A stretch of DNA of 64,000 nucleotides from contig JAXJUL010000027.1 of the NCBI GenBank assembly GCA_036309085.1, forward strand, positions 1,408 to 65,407, given 5' to 3'. Position numbers and translations under genes: made by a program. Under the pieces are notes generated by a model, which was not told the DNA's origin, did no database searches, and saw only the letters and a list, made by a program, of their open reading frames with translations. Positions 1 to 9,294 of the stretch are shown in pieces. The first letter of the stretch is position 1; each line of letters starts with the position of its first letter. The stretch is from Schaedlerella sp. Its GTDB lineage: Bacteria; Bacillota; Clostridia; Lachnospirales; Lachnospiraceae.

Positions 1-925
1 ATTGATGATACTGGGGCAGAACATAGTGTTTTCTGTGTCTGACCCTATAAAAGATTCTTGAAAATTTAATATCTCACAGTAGATTTGTTATAAAGACGTA
101 TTGATTACTAACATTTGATACTAATTTTTGGTGTATTTCTACACTAATATTGGATTTGGAGCATAATTCCCAAGTCCTTTCGGAATTCAAAGAGCTTTCT
201 TATGATAGGTGCACCTATAATATATTTACAGGTGTGTTAGGTCTGGATGGTTTATCATTATTCAAAACAGAAAAACGCTTTTATTATAACTCATGAAAAA
301 GAGTTTTGAATTTACTGTAAAATATTAAATTTTCAAAGACCATTAGGAGCTTTTGCCCCAGCATCATCTTGATATAATTAATTATTTTTTTAAATATCCG
401 CAATTCTTTCACTTGAATGACTGCCCCATACGGATTATTTGCCATATGCTTACGATATAATAAGGAGATATCAAGGAACCCAACGTCTTGCACAGGTTGC
501 AGATCTGTCCTTCTTTAATTGAAACTATAAGAGGATACGCACTGATAACTTGCCAAGACCGGCGGAAACATTCTCCTAATTTAACTCTAAAAGTATAGCT
601 TTGGTGTTTCCTGTAAAGAGAATTTACTATTGCGATGTTACATAAATTGTTTCTAATTTTTTTCAATTATAAGGTATAAACTGATTTTTGAGAAGGAGTT
701 TGGAGCAAAAATGTTGACTTTCTCAGTCGATCTTAACACAGTCGGTAAAAGCATTATGAAATTACTCTCTAAAAAACATGAATCTAATTTTCTAAAACCG
801 GTTTTATCAAGTAAAAATCTACTTTTCGAATGGAAGGTACGATTTATATATCCTTGTATCTTTTCTTTATTTTTGCTATAGTAAAGAATGGTGTAATAAT
901 ACTTGTTTTGCTGACATTGAAATAG

Positions 926-1212
926 AGGTATTCAGATAGAAGAATTTTAGGACTCGAAGATGGTTCTGAATATCTTGGCACAGAGTTGATGAAAGAAATT
1001 ATCGATGATATGAAGGAATGGGCTGATTTTGTTATTCTCGATAGTGCACCTGTGGGAATTCTTACAGATGCAACTGTTTTGGCTCAGTTTGCAGAAGGAG
1101 CAATTTTGTTGTGAGAAAAGATTTTGCAAAAGTGGATCATATCATGGACAGTATGGAACAGTTAGCAGAAAGTAAAGTGCAGATTGTTGGAGGAGTATTG
1201 AACGGAGCGTAA
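926..1212 (+). pseudogene. C-terminal fragment of CpsD/CapB-family tyrosine kinase, 5'-truncated and frameshifted
   Basis: Manual translation gives ...SEYLGTELMKEIIDDMKEWADFVILDSAPVGILTDATVLAQFAEGAI, then after a shift at the T-run 1104-1107 VVRKDFAKVDHIMDSMEQLAESKVQIVGGVLNGA*. Walker B VILDSAP and terminal GGVLN are typical of BY-kinases. In-frame TAG at 923; no Walker A. Confidence 0.8.
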
Positions 1213-1248
1213 TATATAGCAGTACTGAATTTTTAAAGGAGTAGAGGA

Positions 1249-2493
1249 ATGTTGCAGAATTATTTAACGAGTGTTCAGGAAGAATTCTTAAAAATTCTAA
1301 ATTGTTTTATGCATGAAAAAGAATATCATTTTCCAGATGATTTTTCGGGATTAATGGAATTATATCAATTGGCAAGTGTGCATAAAGTTACAGCAGTAGT
1401 TTATGAGCAGATTCGACAGGAAACAATTGTATTACAAAAAGAAAATGAAGGTCTTCTGAAAGTTTTAAAAAAAAGTACAATTATGAATGTAATGCTTCAG
1501 GCACAAAGAGAAGCTGGATTTTTACAATTATATAAAAAACTTTTAGAGCAAGGAATAAAACCTGTGGTTGTAAAAGGTATTATTTGTCGTAATCTTTATG
1601 CGAAATCAGATTATAGAGTATCAGGTGATGAAGATTTACTGATTCGAAAAGAAGAATTTGAATTGTGTGATAAGATTCTTCTTGAAGAGGGCATGCAGCG
1701 AGAAGAAATAGATATGAACAATCTGCCATGTGAAATTCCGTATCGACATCCGAAAAATGGAGTATATATTGAATTGCATTTTAAGTTATTTTCAGAAGAA
1801 TCGGGAGCGTATGGATATTTGAATCAGGAATTTGAAAAAGTTTTTGAAACAGCTATCATTGAAAAGATACAAGATATCAAAATCTGGACGTTAGATCCAA
1901 CTTTACATATGTTTTATTTAATCTGTCATAGTTTTAAGCACTTTTTACATAGTGGTGTTGGAATTCGTCAGGTTTGTGACATGGTGATGATGGCAGATTA
2001 TTATAAAGAACAAATAGACTGGTCATATATGTATGATAGATTAAAAGGATTACGATTGGATGGATTTTGGAACGGGCTGGTTGAAATAGGGAAGAGATAT
2101 CTTGGTTTTATTCCAAATGATGTAGGATATCCGGAGGCATTGTTGATGTATGATCTCGATTGTAGTAATCTTTTGCAAGATTTACTTGACAGCGGTGTGT
2201 TTGGACAAAGTACAGCGGAACGTAAGCATAGTGCTAATGTTACGCTTGCGGCAGTTAAAAATGGAAAAAAGAATGTTATGGCATCTATAAATGCATCATT
2301 GTTTCCAAATTTTGATTACATGAAAAAAGGATATCCATGGTTGCAGAGATATCCGTTTTTGCTTCCTGTCGCATGGGGTTTGAGAATTTTAAATTATATA
2401 AAGAATTCTAAGAAAAATGGCGAAAAATCCAGCAGTCTAGAAATAGGAATGGATCGGGTAGAACTTTTGAAAGAATATCATATTATAGACTAA
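1249..2493 (+). CDS. Nucleotidyltransferase family protein (NTP_transf_5-like)
   Basis: VVVKG...LY...YRVSGDEDLLI, IELH and H..KH...GIRQVCD motifs; AAGGAG RBS upstream. Confidence 0.8.
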   Translation: MLQNYLTSVQEEFLKILNCFMHEKEYHFPDDFSGLMELYQLASVHKVTAVVYEQIRQETIVLQKENEGLLKVLKKSTIMNVMLQAQREAGFLQLYKKLLEQGIKPVVVKGIICRNLYAKSDYRVSGDEDLLIRKEEFELCDKILLEEGMQREEIDMNNLPCEIPYRHPKNGVYIELHFKLFSEESGAYGYLNQEFEKVFETAIIEKIQDIKIWTLDPTLHMFYLICHSFKHFLHSGVGIRQVCDMVMMADYYKEQIDWSYMYDRLKGLRLDGFWNGLVEIGKRYLGFIPNDVGYPEALLMYDLDCSNLLQDLLDSGVFGQSTAERKHSANVTLAAVKNGKKNVMASINASLFPNFDYMKKGYPWLQRYPFLLPVAWGLRILNYIKNSKKNGEKSSSLEIGMDRVELLKEYHIID

Positions 2494-2578
2494 TGTAATC
2501 TATGAAAAATTGTTTTTAATAAATAAAAAGCCATAAAATTGCCATTGTCAGACTTTCAAGTGGTATAGGTGGAAAGGT

Positions 2579-2620
2579 ACAAGGAGTGACTTATTTCTTG
2601 ATAAGTCACCCCTTGTTTTT
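2579..2620. terminator. Hairpin between convergent genes, likely intrinsic terminator
   Basis: acaagg-agtgacttat / ataagtcac-c-ccttgt followed by a T-run. Confidence 0.65.
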
Positions 2621-2662
2621 ATTTATAAGCTATTTTTTGGTTTTTTAACAGGCTATCAAATA

Positions 2663-5080
2663 TTAGAAAGATATGGCTGTGATTAACTCTGTTAAAATAT
2701 TCAGAAGTTTATCCCCCAGATTCATTGTCTGCAGCTGGGCAAGGAGTACAGGGGTACGGTTTTCTTTCTCAATGATACTGTAAATATCATCTTTTAAGAA
2801 GAAGTCCATCTCTGCCTGATTTAAGAAATCAAAACAATTTTTAAGTACGTTATTTTTAGAGGAGCGTAATTTTTTATCGATTATAATCTTGATTTCTTTT
2901 GTTACATCGATTTCTGGAAGTATTACGATCACAGCCTGTTTCTTTTCATCGTATGAAAGAGAAATAGGTATTGTTTCTCCATTAGCAGTTGCAGTTATCT
3001 GTTCTGTCGATGCATTAGAAAAGCCGGTCAGTTCTACTGTGTAGCTTCTGGCTGCAGGAATCAGTGAAAGATTACCCTGTGCAGAACAGATTATAAATTC
3101 TGCTTTGTCCGCTTCTGTATATGTGAACTGTGTTGTTACGCAGTCACCGTCTTCATATCCACAGGTTTCGTTATCGTCTTCATACATTTCAAAGCTTCCG
3201 TTTGCACCGGCATAAACTTTCAATCGGAGTGTGGATGGATTTTTTGTTGCCTGTAAACCACTGATTTCATCTGTAAATGGGAGAATGGCACCGGCTTTTG
3301 CTAATACCGGAACAGAGTTGATATCGCGGTACATAAAGAGCATACGATTTCCATCGTACATAACACCGGTATGAAGATCGTACCAGAGTCCTTCCGGAAT
3401 CCATACTTTAATTTCAGATACGTTCATACCAGGGATTCGTTTGCTTGTAATGGAAGCAACCATTAATTCACTTCCGAACATAAACTGATTTTTCACTTTG
3501 TATGCAGATTGTTCTTCCGGATAATCATAATACATTGGCTGAACCAGAGGAGATGCATCTTTGTAAGCTCTGTAGTTCATTGTGTACAGATAAGGAAGCA
3601 TTTTGTGACGTTCTCGGAGAACATTTCCCATAACGAGTTCGGATTCTTTCTTATATCGCCAAGGTTCCTTACCATTGAATTCACTGTTGCTGCTGTGAAG
3701 ACGCATGATTGGAGAATACAGACCACTCTGTATCCAGCGGGTTGCCATCTCATCATCTTTGATACCGCCCATGTGACCGCCAATGTCATGGCTCCACCAT
3801 CCGTAACCGATGTTGGAAGCACTGGATGTAAAGTATGGCTGAAAGTCTAAGGAATCCCATGTAATCCATGTATCCCCGCTGAAACCGATCGGATAGCGAT
3901 GACTTCCGGGACCTGCATATCTGGAAAATGTCATTGGGCGTTTGCCACTTCTCTTATTATCAAGGAAATGATAATGATTAAAGATCCATAATGGATCGAG
4001 GCCTTCTATTTTACAACTGCTTCCTTGCTGCCAGTCAATCCACCAGAAGTCTACGCCTTCTTCTTCGCGTGGATGATGTAAATATTTGAAATAGGCTTCC
4101 AGAAATTCCGGACTCGCAGGGTCGCAGAGAACAGGATCTTCGTGTTCATAGTCCACACCCATTTCTTTGGCCATGTCAAGATACATTTCTTCATGTCCGG
4201 CTACTCCTCCTGCTGGATGCACATTGAGTGTGGTATGCATTCCTCGTTCGTGGAGCTTTGTCAGGAAACGTTTCGGATCAGGGAAAAAGTCTTTATTCCA
4301 TGTGTATCCGGTCCATCCGCTTCCATATTTTGGATCGATATCAACAAGATGCCAGTCCATATCAATAACGGCAACTGTAAATGGAAGATTTTCCTTGTCG
4401 AATCGTTCCATAAGATTCATGTAAGAATCTTCTGTGTATTTATAGTAGCGGCTCCACCAGTTTCCAAGAGCATATCTAGGAAGCATAGGTGTATTTCCAC
4501 TGAGGTAATAAAAATCCTTTAGGGCTTCTTTATAATCGTGACCATATCCGAAGAAATATAAGTCCTGAACATTCTTTCTTCTAGGTTCGATCCATCCATT
4601 TTCGAGAAGAATCTGTGATCTACTGTCATCGATCAAAGAGTAGCCGGCTGCGGAAATAATTCCGTCTTCCAGAGGAATTTCGCCATCGGCCATATCCAGT
4701 GTTCTTGCAGTTCCTTTTAATTGTGGTAAAAAGGATGCGATACTTTTCTCACCATATTTCCAAATGCTGTGATACACACTTAAATTTCCTTTTACCTGGA
4801 TGCTCAGACCGAAAGAGGAGAAATCTTTTTCATTGTATACCAGGTGAAGGCGGGATGTGTGAATTTCAATACCATCTGGTGTTCGAAGTACACGGAAATT
4901 TGTTTTCGGGAAATCTCTGTAAAATGCAAACTGTGTTGCGCGGTCTTCAAAAATTCCTTCTTCAGAATATTCCAGACGTACAAGCCCTTCTGTCAGGAGA
5001 GTGATTCTATATTTCTCCCCCTGTATGATGTTTTCACAGGCTGCTAAAGGGCGGGTTTTTACTTTATATATATCTTGCAT
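2663..5080 (-). CDS. Glycoside hydrolase family 31 (alpha-glucosidase-like)
   Basis: GNWWSRY, VIDMDWH, nucleophile motif WWIDWQQG, GFSGDT, WSHDIGGH, PIMRLH; no signal peptide. Confidence 0.92.
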   Translation of the reverse strand: MQDIYKVKTRPLAACENIIQGEKYRITLLTEGLVRLEYSEEGIFEDRATQFAFYRDFPKTNFRVLRTPDGIEIHTSRLHLVYNEKDFSSFGLSIQVKGNLSVYHSIWKYGEKSIASFLPQLKGTARTLDMADGEIPLEDGIISAAGYSLIDDSRSQILLENGWIEPRRKNVQDLYFFGYGHDYKEALKDFYYLSGNTPMLPRYALGNWWSRYYKYTEDSYMNLMERFDKENLPFTVAVIDMDWHLVDIDPKYGSGWTGYTWNKDFFPDPKRFLTKLHERGMHTTLNVHPAGGVAGHEEMYLDMAKEMGVDYEHEDPVLCDPASPEFLEAYFKYLHHPREEEGVDFWWIDWQQGSSCKIEGLDPLWIFNHYHFLDNKRSGKRPMTFSRYAGPGSHRYPIGFSGDTWITWDSLDFQPYFTSSASNIGYGWWSHDIGGHMGGIKDDEMATRWIQSGLYSPIMRLHSSNSEFNGKEPWRYKKESELVMGNVLRERHKMLPYLYTMNYRAYKDASPLVQPMYYDYPEEQSAYKVKNQFMFGSELMVASITSKRIPGMNVSEIKVWIPEGLWYDLHTGVMYDGNRMLFMYRDINSVPVLAKAGAILPFTDEISGLQATKNPSTLRLKVYAGANGSFEMYEDDNETCGYEDGDCVTTQFTYTEADKAEFIICSAQGNLSLIPAARSYTVELTGFSNASTEQITATANGETIPISLSYDEKKQAVIVILPEIDVTKEIKIIIDKKLRSSKNNVLKNCFDFLNQAEMDFFLKDDIYSIIEKENRTPVLLAQLQTMNLGDKLLNILTELITAISF

Positions 5081-5166
5081 AAGGCACCTCCTTTAGTAGT
5101 ATTTTAGTCTTTTATTGTAGAGGATGCAATTGTTATTTCAAAACAAAAAATCAATCGCTGATTTGC

Positions 5167-5195
5167 GTGACAAATCATTACATATTTGGTAAAAT
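5167..5195 (+). promoter_or_regulatory. Putative sigma-A promoter of the 5259-23162 operon
   Basis: GTGACA (5167-5172), 17-nt spacer, TAAAAT (5190-5195) with extended TG at 5187-5188. Confidence 0.55.
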
Positions 5196-5200
5196 AAATA

Positions 5201-5234
5201 GACAATATATGTCAAATGATTTAACATTTTGACA
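5201..5234. promoter_or_regulatory. Imperfect inverted repeats, candidate operator
   Basis: GACAatataTGTC overlapping TGTCAAATG-atttaa-CATTTTGACA, lying between promoter and XRE start. Confidence 0.4.
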
Positions 5235-5258
5235 ATTTTAGGATGGTGAAGTTGAGAG

Positions 5259-5546
5259 ATGAGTATTAACAGTAAAGAATGGGAAGAACTGCAGCAGAAA
5301 TGCTATAAAGAACTTGCAGAAAATATGCCGATTCTGCGTAAAATGCTGAATCTGACCCAACAGGATCTGGCGGATCGGGTAGGGGTTACCAGACAGACGA
5401 TAGCGAATATTGAGAATACTGGTACGTTCAAAAAATGGAGTACGTTTTTGGCTGTAATGTTTATCTTTTATTTTCAGGAGAAAAGTAAAGAATATCTCGT
5501 AGGGTTGGATATTCCCTATGCGGAGATGAAAAAATATTTTTTGTAA
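5259..5546 (+). CDS. XRE-family HTH transcriptional regulator
   Basis: LRKMLNLTQQDLADRVGVTRQTIANIE. Confidence 0.88.
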   Translation: MSINSKEWEELQQKCYKELAENMPILRKMLNLTQQDLADRVGVTRQTIANIENTGTFKKWSTFLAVMFIFYFQEKSKEYLVGLDIPYAEMKKYFL

Positions 5547-5562
5547 GCGAGGTTGAATTGAT

Positions 5563-6081
5563 ATGAATGATTTATTGATATTAGTAGACACGAGTGATAA
5601 TGAAATTGGTTCTGCGACAAAAGAAGAAGCACATAGAATCGGACAGCTTCACAGAGCATTTTCTGTTTTTATAATTAACGATGGGAAGATGTTGATTCAG
5701 AAGCGTAATATAAATAAATATCATTCTGGAGGTTTATGGGCGAATGCATGTTGTTCTCATCCTCGTTTTGGGGAGACATTGGATGAGGCTGTACCACGTC
5801 GTATGATAGAAGAGATTGGATTTGCCTGTAAAGTTGAAGAAGTGGGACATTTTGTATATCGGACACAATATCACGAATCTTTGTATGAATTTGAATTTGA
5901 TCATGTCTTTTTGGGAAATTATGCTGGAGAAGTTGAGTTTAACGAAGAAGAAATTGAAGAAGTAAAGTGGATTACATTTCACGATTTGAAAAAAGATCTT
6001 GTGAAACATCCGGAAAAATATTCTTCATGGTTTATGATTGCTGCTCCGATGGTTCTGGAAAGGATTGAGAAAGATGCTTAG
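5563..6081 (+). CDS. idi: Isopentenyl-diphosphate delta-isomerase type 1
   Basis: AH...LHRAFSVF, WANACCSHP, EFEFDHVF, EEIEEVKW, WF: IDI-1 catalytic Cys/Glu and metal His residues. Confidence 0.93.
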   Translation: MNDLLILVDTSDNEIGSATKEEAHRIGQLHRAFSVFIINDGKMLIQKRNINKYHSGGLWANACCSHPRFGETLDEAVPRRMIEEIGFACKVEEVGHFVYRTQYHESLYEFEFDHVFLGNYAGEVEFNEEEIEEVKWITFHDLKKDLVKHPEKYSSWFMIAAPMVLERIEKDA

Positions 6082-7099
6082 TAATGTAATGAAATATTTT
6101 AGAGTGAGGGAATGGTATGATTCGAAGATTCCTATGATGCTCTCGGTTTTTATGTATTTCTACTTTCTGGATCCAAAACAGTATGGAGTTGAACAGTTCC
6201 TTTATCGATTTTTTAGTTATTTTCTGTATTTGGCAGCATTTTTGGCATTCAGTTATCTGATTAACGATTATTCCGATATGGATATTGACCGTAAGGCAGG
6301 AAAGAAGAAGGTGATTTTACATGTTCCCAAGTGGATGGTTGTGGCATCCATGACTGGATTGATTCTGGTGGGGAACCTTCCTCTGTTGGTGCTGGTTGAC
6401 TGGAATACAATTTGTATTTTGCTGAGTATCGTAATTTATTTTCTGGGTGCGGCTTACTCAGTAAAAGGGCTTAGATTTAAGGAAAAGGGGGCAATTGGTC
6501 TGGTGGAATGTTCAATTGCTCAGAAATGTGTTCCGGTACTGCTTGTTCCGTTTCTTGTTGAGGTGGAGACTGTATTGTTTGTAATCTGGATGGTGCTCTT
6601 GTTTGTGGATGGAATGCGCTACATTATCATACATCAGGTGATTGATCTTGAAAATGATCTGAAGACAGGAGTAAAGACTTATATTTCGAGTGGAAAAAGT
6701 TTGTATAAAAATGCGATGTTTGCAGAAATCTTTTTGGAACTTGTGCTAATTTGTCTGTTATTTTCAAAAATTGTATTGGAGCATTGGATTTTATGGTTGT
6801 TTATCATTTGTTACCTGGTGAATGAAGCAATTATTGGAACTGTTATTTGTGTATATTTGAAGAAAAAATGGCTGTTTACTTATGAAGCTGTTCCGATGGA
6901 AGATTTATTCAATGTTTATATGCCGATTTTGTTATTGGTTGGAATTGCTGTTTCATATCCGATTGTCTGGAGTGTGGTGCCGGTTGCGATGATTTATCTG
7001 TATGGCGGATTTAAAAGCAAGATGGTATTTATTAATATTTTTGTGAAAGCGAAGTTACATATCAGTCAGAAGGAGGGGCAGGATGGAAACCATTTATGA
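6074..7099 (+). CDS. UbiA-superfamily intramembrane prenyltransferase
   Basis: Multi-TM; first Asp-rich motif NDYSDMDIDRKAGK, YS...LRFKEKG loop, second motif QVIDLENDLKTGVKT; start taken at ATG 6074 overlapping idi end. Confidence 0.85.
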   Translation: MLSNVMKYFRVREWYDSKIPMMLSVFMYFYFLDPKQYGVEQFLYRFFSYFLYLAAFLAFSYLINDYSDMDIDRKAGKKKVILHVPKWMVVASMTGLILVGNLPLLVLVDWNTICILLSIVIYFLGAAYSVKGLRFKEKGAIGLVECSIAQKCVPVLLVPFLVEVETVLFVIWMVLLFVDGMRYIIIHQVIDLENDLKTGVKTYISSGKSLYKNAMFAEIFLELVLICLLFSKIVLEHWILWLFIICYLVNEAIIGTVICVYLKKKWLFTYEAVPMEDLFNVYMPILLLVGIAVSYPIVWSVVPVAMIYLYGGFKSKMVFINIFVKAKLHISQKEGQDGNHL

Positions 7100-8168
7100 T
7101 GTAGTAGAGGATATGAAAGAAATCCTGTTAGGAGAGAGAATGGCAGATGTCAGAGGCCTGAGAGATGTTGTAAAAGAATCTGTACGGATGCGAGAAATCC
7201 TTTGCCCTCCACAATACGTAATGATGAAGATTACAAATTGTTGTAATTCAGATTGTGTATATTGTAATCATGCAGTCAGCAAACAGGGGATTGAAGAAAA
7301 GAGTACAATTTCCGTAGAAAAAATTTTAGAAATTGTAGATCAGGCGGCAGAACTGGGCGTGAAGGCTCTAAGTCTTAGTGGAGGGGAACCACTTGTAACC
7401 TGTGATATTGAAAAGATTGTTGAACGGATTGTAAGTAAGGGAATCGTACCTGTTATGCTTACAAATGGTTTGCTGTTAGAAGAAAAGGCAGAAAGGCTTT
7501 ACGAAGCAGGGTTAAAGTATTTTATCATTTCTATTGATTCACTGGATGAGGAAGCTTATCGGATACAAAGAGGCGCCTCCCTGAAAAGGGCGTTAAAGGG
7601 AATTGATAAACTTCTTGAAATAAAAGAAAAAGACGAGAATGTAAGAATTCATATCACACCTGTGCTGACACAGAATAATTTGGAAGAGATGCCTGAATTT
7701 ATCCGCTATTTTTCAGAAAAAGGTGTGGCTGTTCAATTGAGCCCATATCATCAGTTCGATAAATCAAAAGAAGATATTTTGAGTATTCAGGATATTGATA
7801 AATTAAAAGAAGTGATAAAAGAACTGATTTCTATGAAAAAAAATGGTGCACTTATCGCAAATTCGGAAGGATTTTTAAAACATTTTGTTCCATTTTTTGA
7901 AGAGAAAAAGGTAGTGCCAGATCAGTATAAATGTTTATCTGGTTATATTTCAACATATATCGATGCTTATGCAAATGTAAGAGTGTGTTGGAGTGGTAGT
8001 TTTGGGCCGGTAGAGAATTTATATGAAAATACATTGTCGGAAATCTGGTATGGAGAGAAGTATCAGAAGGTCAGAGAACGTATGGTAAGACGTGAGTGTG
8101 AGGGATGCTGGTTTTTATGTACAGGTGAATTGACGACAATGATTGTTGAGGGAGGAGAAGAAAGATGA
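7083..8168 (+). CDS. Radical SAM protein with SPASM/twitch domain
   Basis: CNSDCVYC, SGGEPL, TNG, ISIDS; C-terminal C..GY...YID....VC...EIW...CEGCWFLC. Confidence 0.92.
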   Translation: METIYDVVEDMKEILLGERMADVRGLRDVVKESVRMREILCPPQYVMMKITNCCNSDCVYCNHAVSKQGIEEKSTISVEKILEIVDQAAELGVKALSLSGGEPLVTCDIEKIVERIVSKGIVPVMLTNGLLLEEKAERLYEAGLKYFIISIDSLDEEAYRIQRGASLKRALKGIDKLLEIKEKDENVRIHITPVLTQNNLEEMPEFIRYFSEKGVAVQLSPYHQFDKSKEDILSIQDIDKLKEVIKELISMKKNGALIANSEGFLKHFVPFFEEKKVVPDQYKCLSGYISTYIDAYANVRVCWSGSFGPVENLYENTLSEIWYGEKYQKVRERMVRRECEGCWFLCTGELTTMIVEGGEER

Positions 8169-9277
8169 ATTTTTCGATTGTGATACCAACGTGGAATCGT
8201 TCGAAATTATTGGATGCTTTGCTGGAATCTTTATACAGAGAGCGTAATCGCTATCAGCAGGGCGAGACAGAAGTTCTTGTTGTGGACAGCAGCAGGGGTT
8301 CAGAAAAAGAGAGTATTCAGAACTCATGTAAAAATTATGATGCACAATATATTGAAGGCGATGATAGTGTAAGAAAGAAAAGAAATCTTGGAATCAGAGT
8401 GTCGAAGTATGATTATATTTTGTTTATCGATTCGGATGTAACTTGTCGGGAAGGACTTCTGGATGAATATGTGGAGGCCTACAGGAAGAACAGTTTTGTA
8501 AATCTCGGAGGAATCCTGGGATATACAGAATTTGTAGGAGAAAAAACATTTTGGTGGAAGATTCTTGAACTCACCTCCCTGGTAAGTTCCTTTTCTTTTG
8601 CAAAAGAATATCCATTTCATTCCTGGACAATTGGAAATAATGTTTCTTTTAAAAAATCTGTATTAGAAGAAATCGGAATGTTTCAGGAGAATTTTCCGTT
8701 TAAGCTTGGCGGAGATGACCTGGAGATGACATATCGTGTGACAAAAGCGGGGTATATGATTGGTTCTGCACCTGAGGCTTATACGTATCATTCAAGAGAA
8801 ACATGGAACAATGCAAAGGCAATTCACAATAGGGCAAAACGATGGGGAACGATGGAGTATCATATTGCCCAGATTCATCCGGAATTGTATAAACCAGTCA
8901 TTCCTAGAAACTATGTGATTGAAACAGCGGTATTGCTTTTTAGTATAATTTTATCTTTGATTATGAAGAATCCGGCGATGGCAATTTGTGCCTGTGTCTG
9001 GATTGTGATGAACTGGATTTATCAGTATGGTGTGACAATGAAGAAGAAAGGTTTTATCAACCCGATTCATTACATTGGTGCACAGATTGTTCAGTCTATG
9101 TATGAATTTTACCGTGTAAAACATCCGCTGACAAAAGGATCACTGGCAGGCTTCTTTAATGGAATGGTATACAATTCATACCAGATCAGATTTGGAATGA
9201 AAGATGATGCAAAACGTATGTGGCAGTTGGGTCTTACATATGTCACAGCATATTTATTGACATTTATCTTATTGTAA
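8165..9277 (+). CDS. Glycosyltransferase family 2 with C-terminal membrane helices
   Basis: FSIVIPTWNR, VVD, RNLG, ILFIDSD, GGDDLEM; ATGA overlap with upstream gene. Confidence 0.9.
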   Translation: MNFSIVIPTWNRSKLLDALLESLYRERNRYQQGETEVLVVDSSRGSEKESIQNSCKNYDAQYIEGDDSVRKKRNLGIRVSKYDYILFIDSDVTCREGLLDEYVEAYRKNSFVNLGGILGYTEFVGEKTFWWKILELTSLVSSFSFAKEYPFHSWTIGNNVSFKKSVLEEIGMFQENFPFKLGGDDLEMTYRVTKAGYMIGSAPEAYTYHSRETWNNAKAIHNRAKRWGTMEYHIAQIHPELYKPVIPRNYVIETAVLLFSIILSLIMKNPAMAICACVWIVMNWIYQYGVTMKKKGFINPIHYIGAQIVQSMYEFYRVKHPLTKGSLAGFFNGMVYNSYQIRFGMKDDAKRMWQLGLTYVTAYLLTFILL

Positions 9278-9294
9278 AATGTGAGGAGCGGGAA

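Noticed and set aside
1..925. Short minus-strand ORFs (284-493, 409-666), one with an LLYRKH..N..GA stretch faintly like a GT2 C-terminus
   Set aside because: No clear RBS or domain; similarity too weak to call. Possibly decayed sequence.
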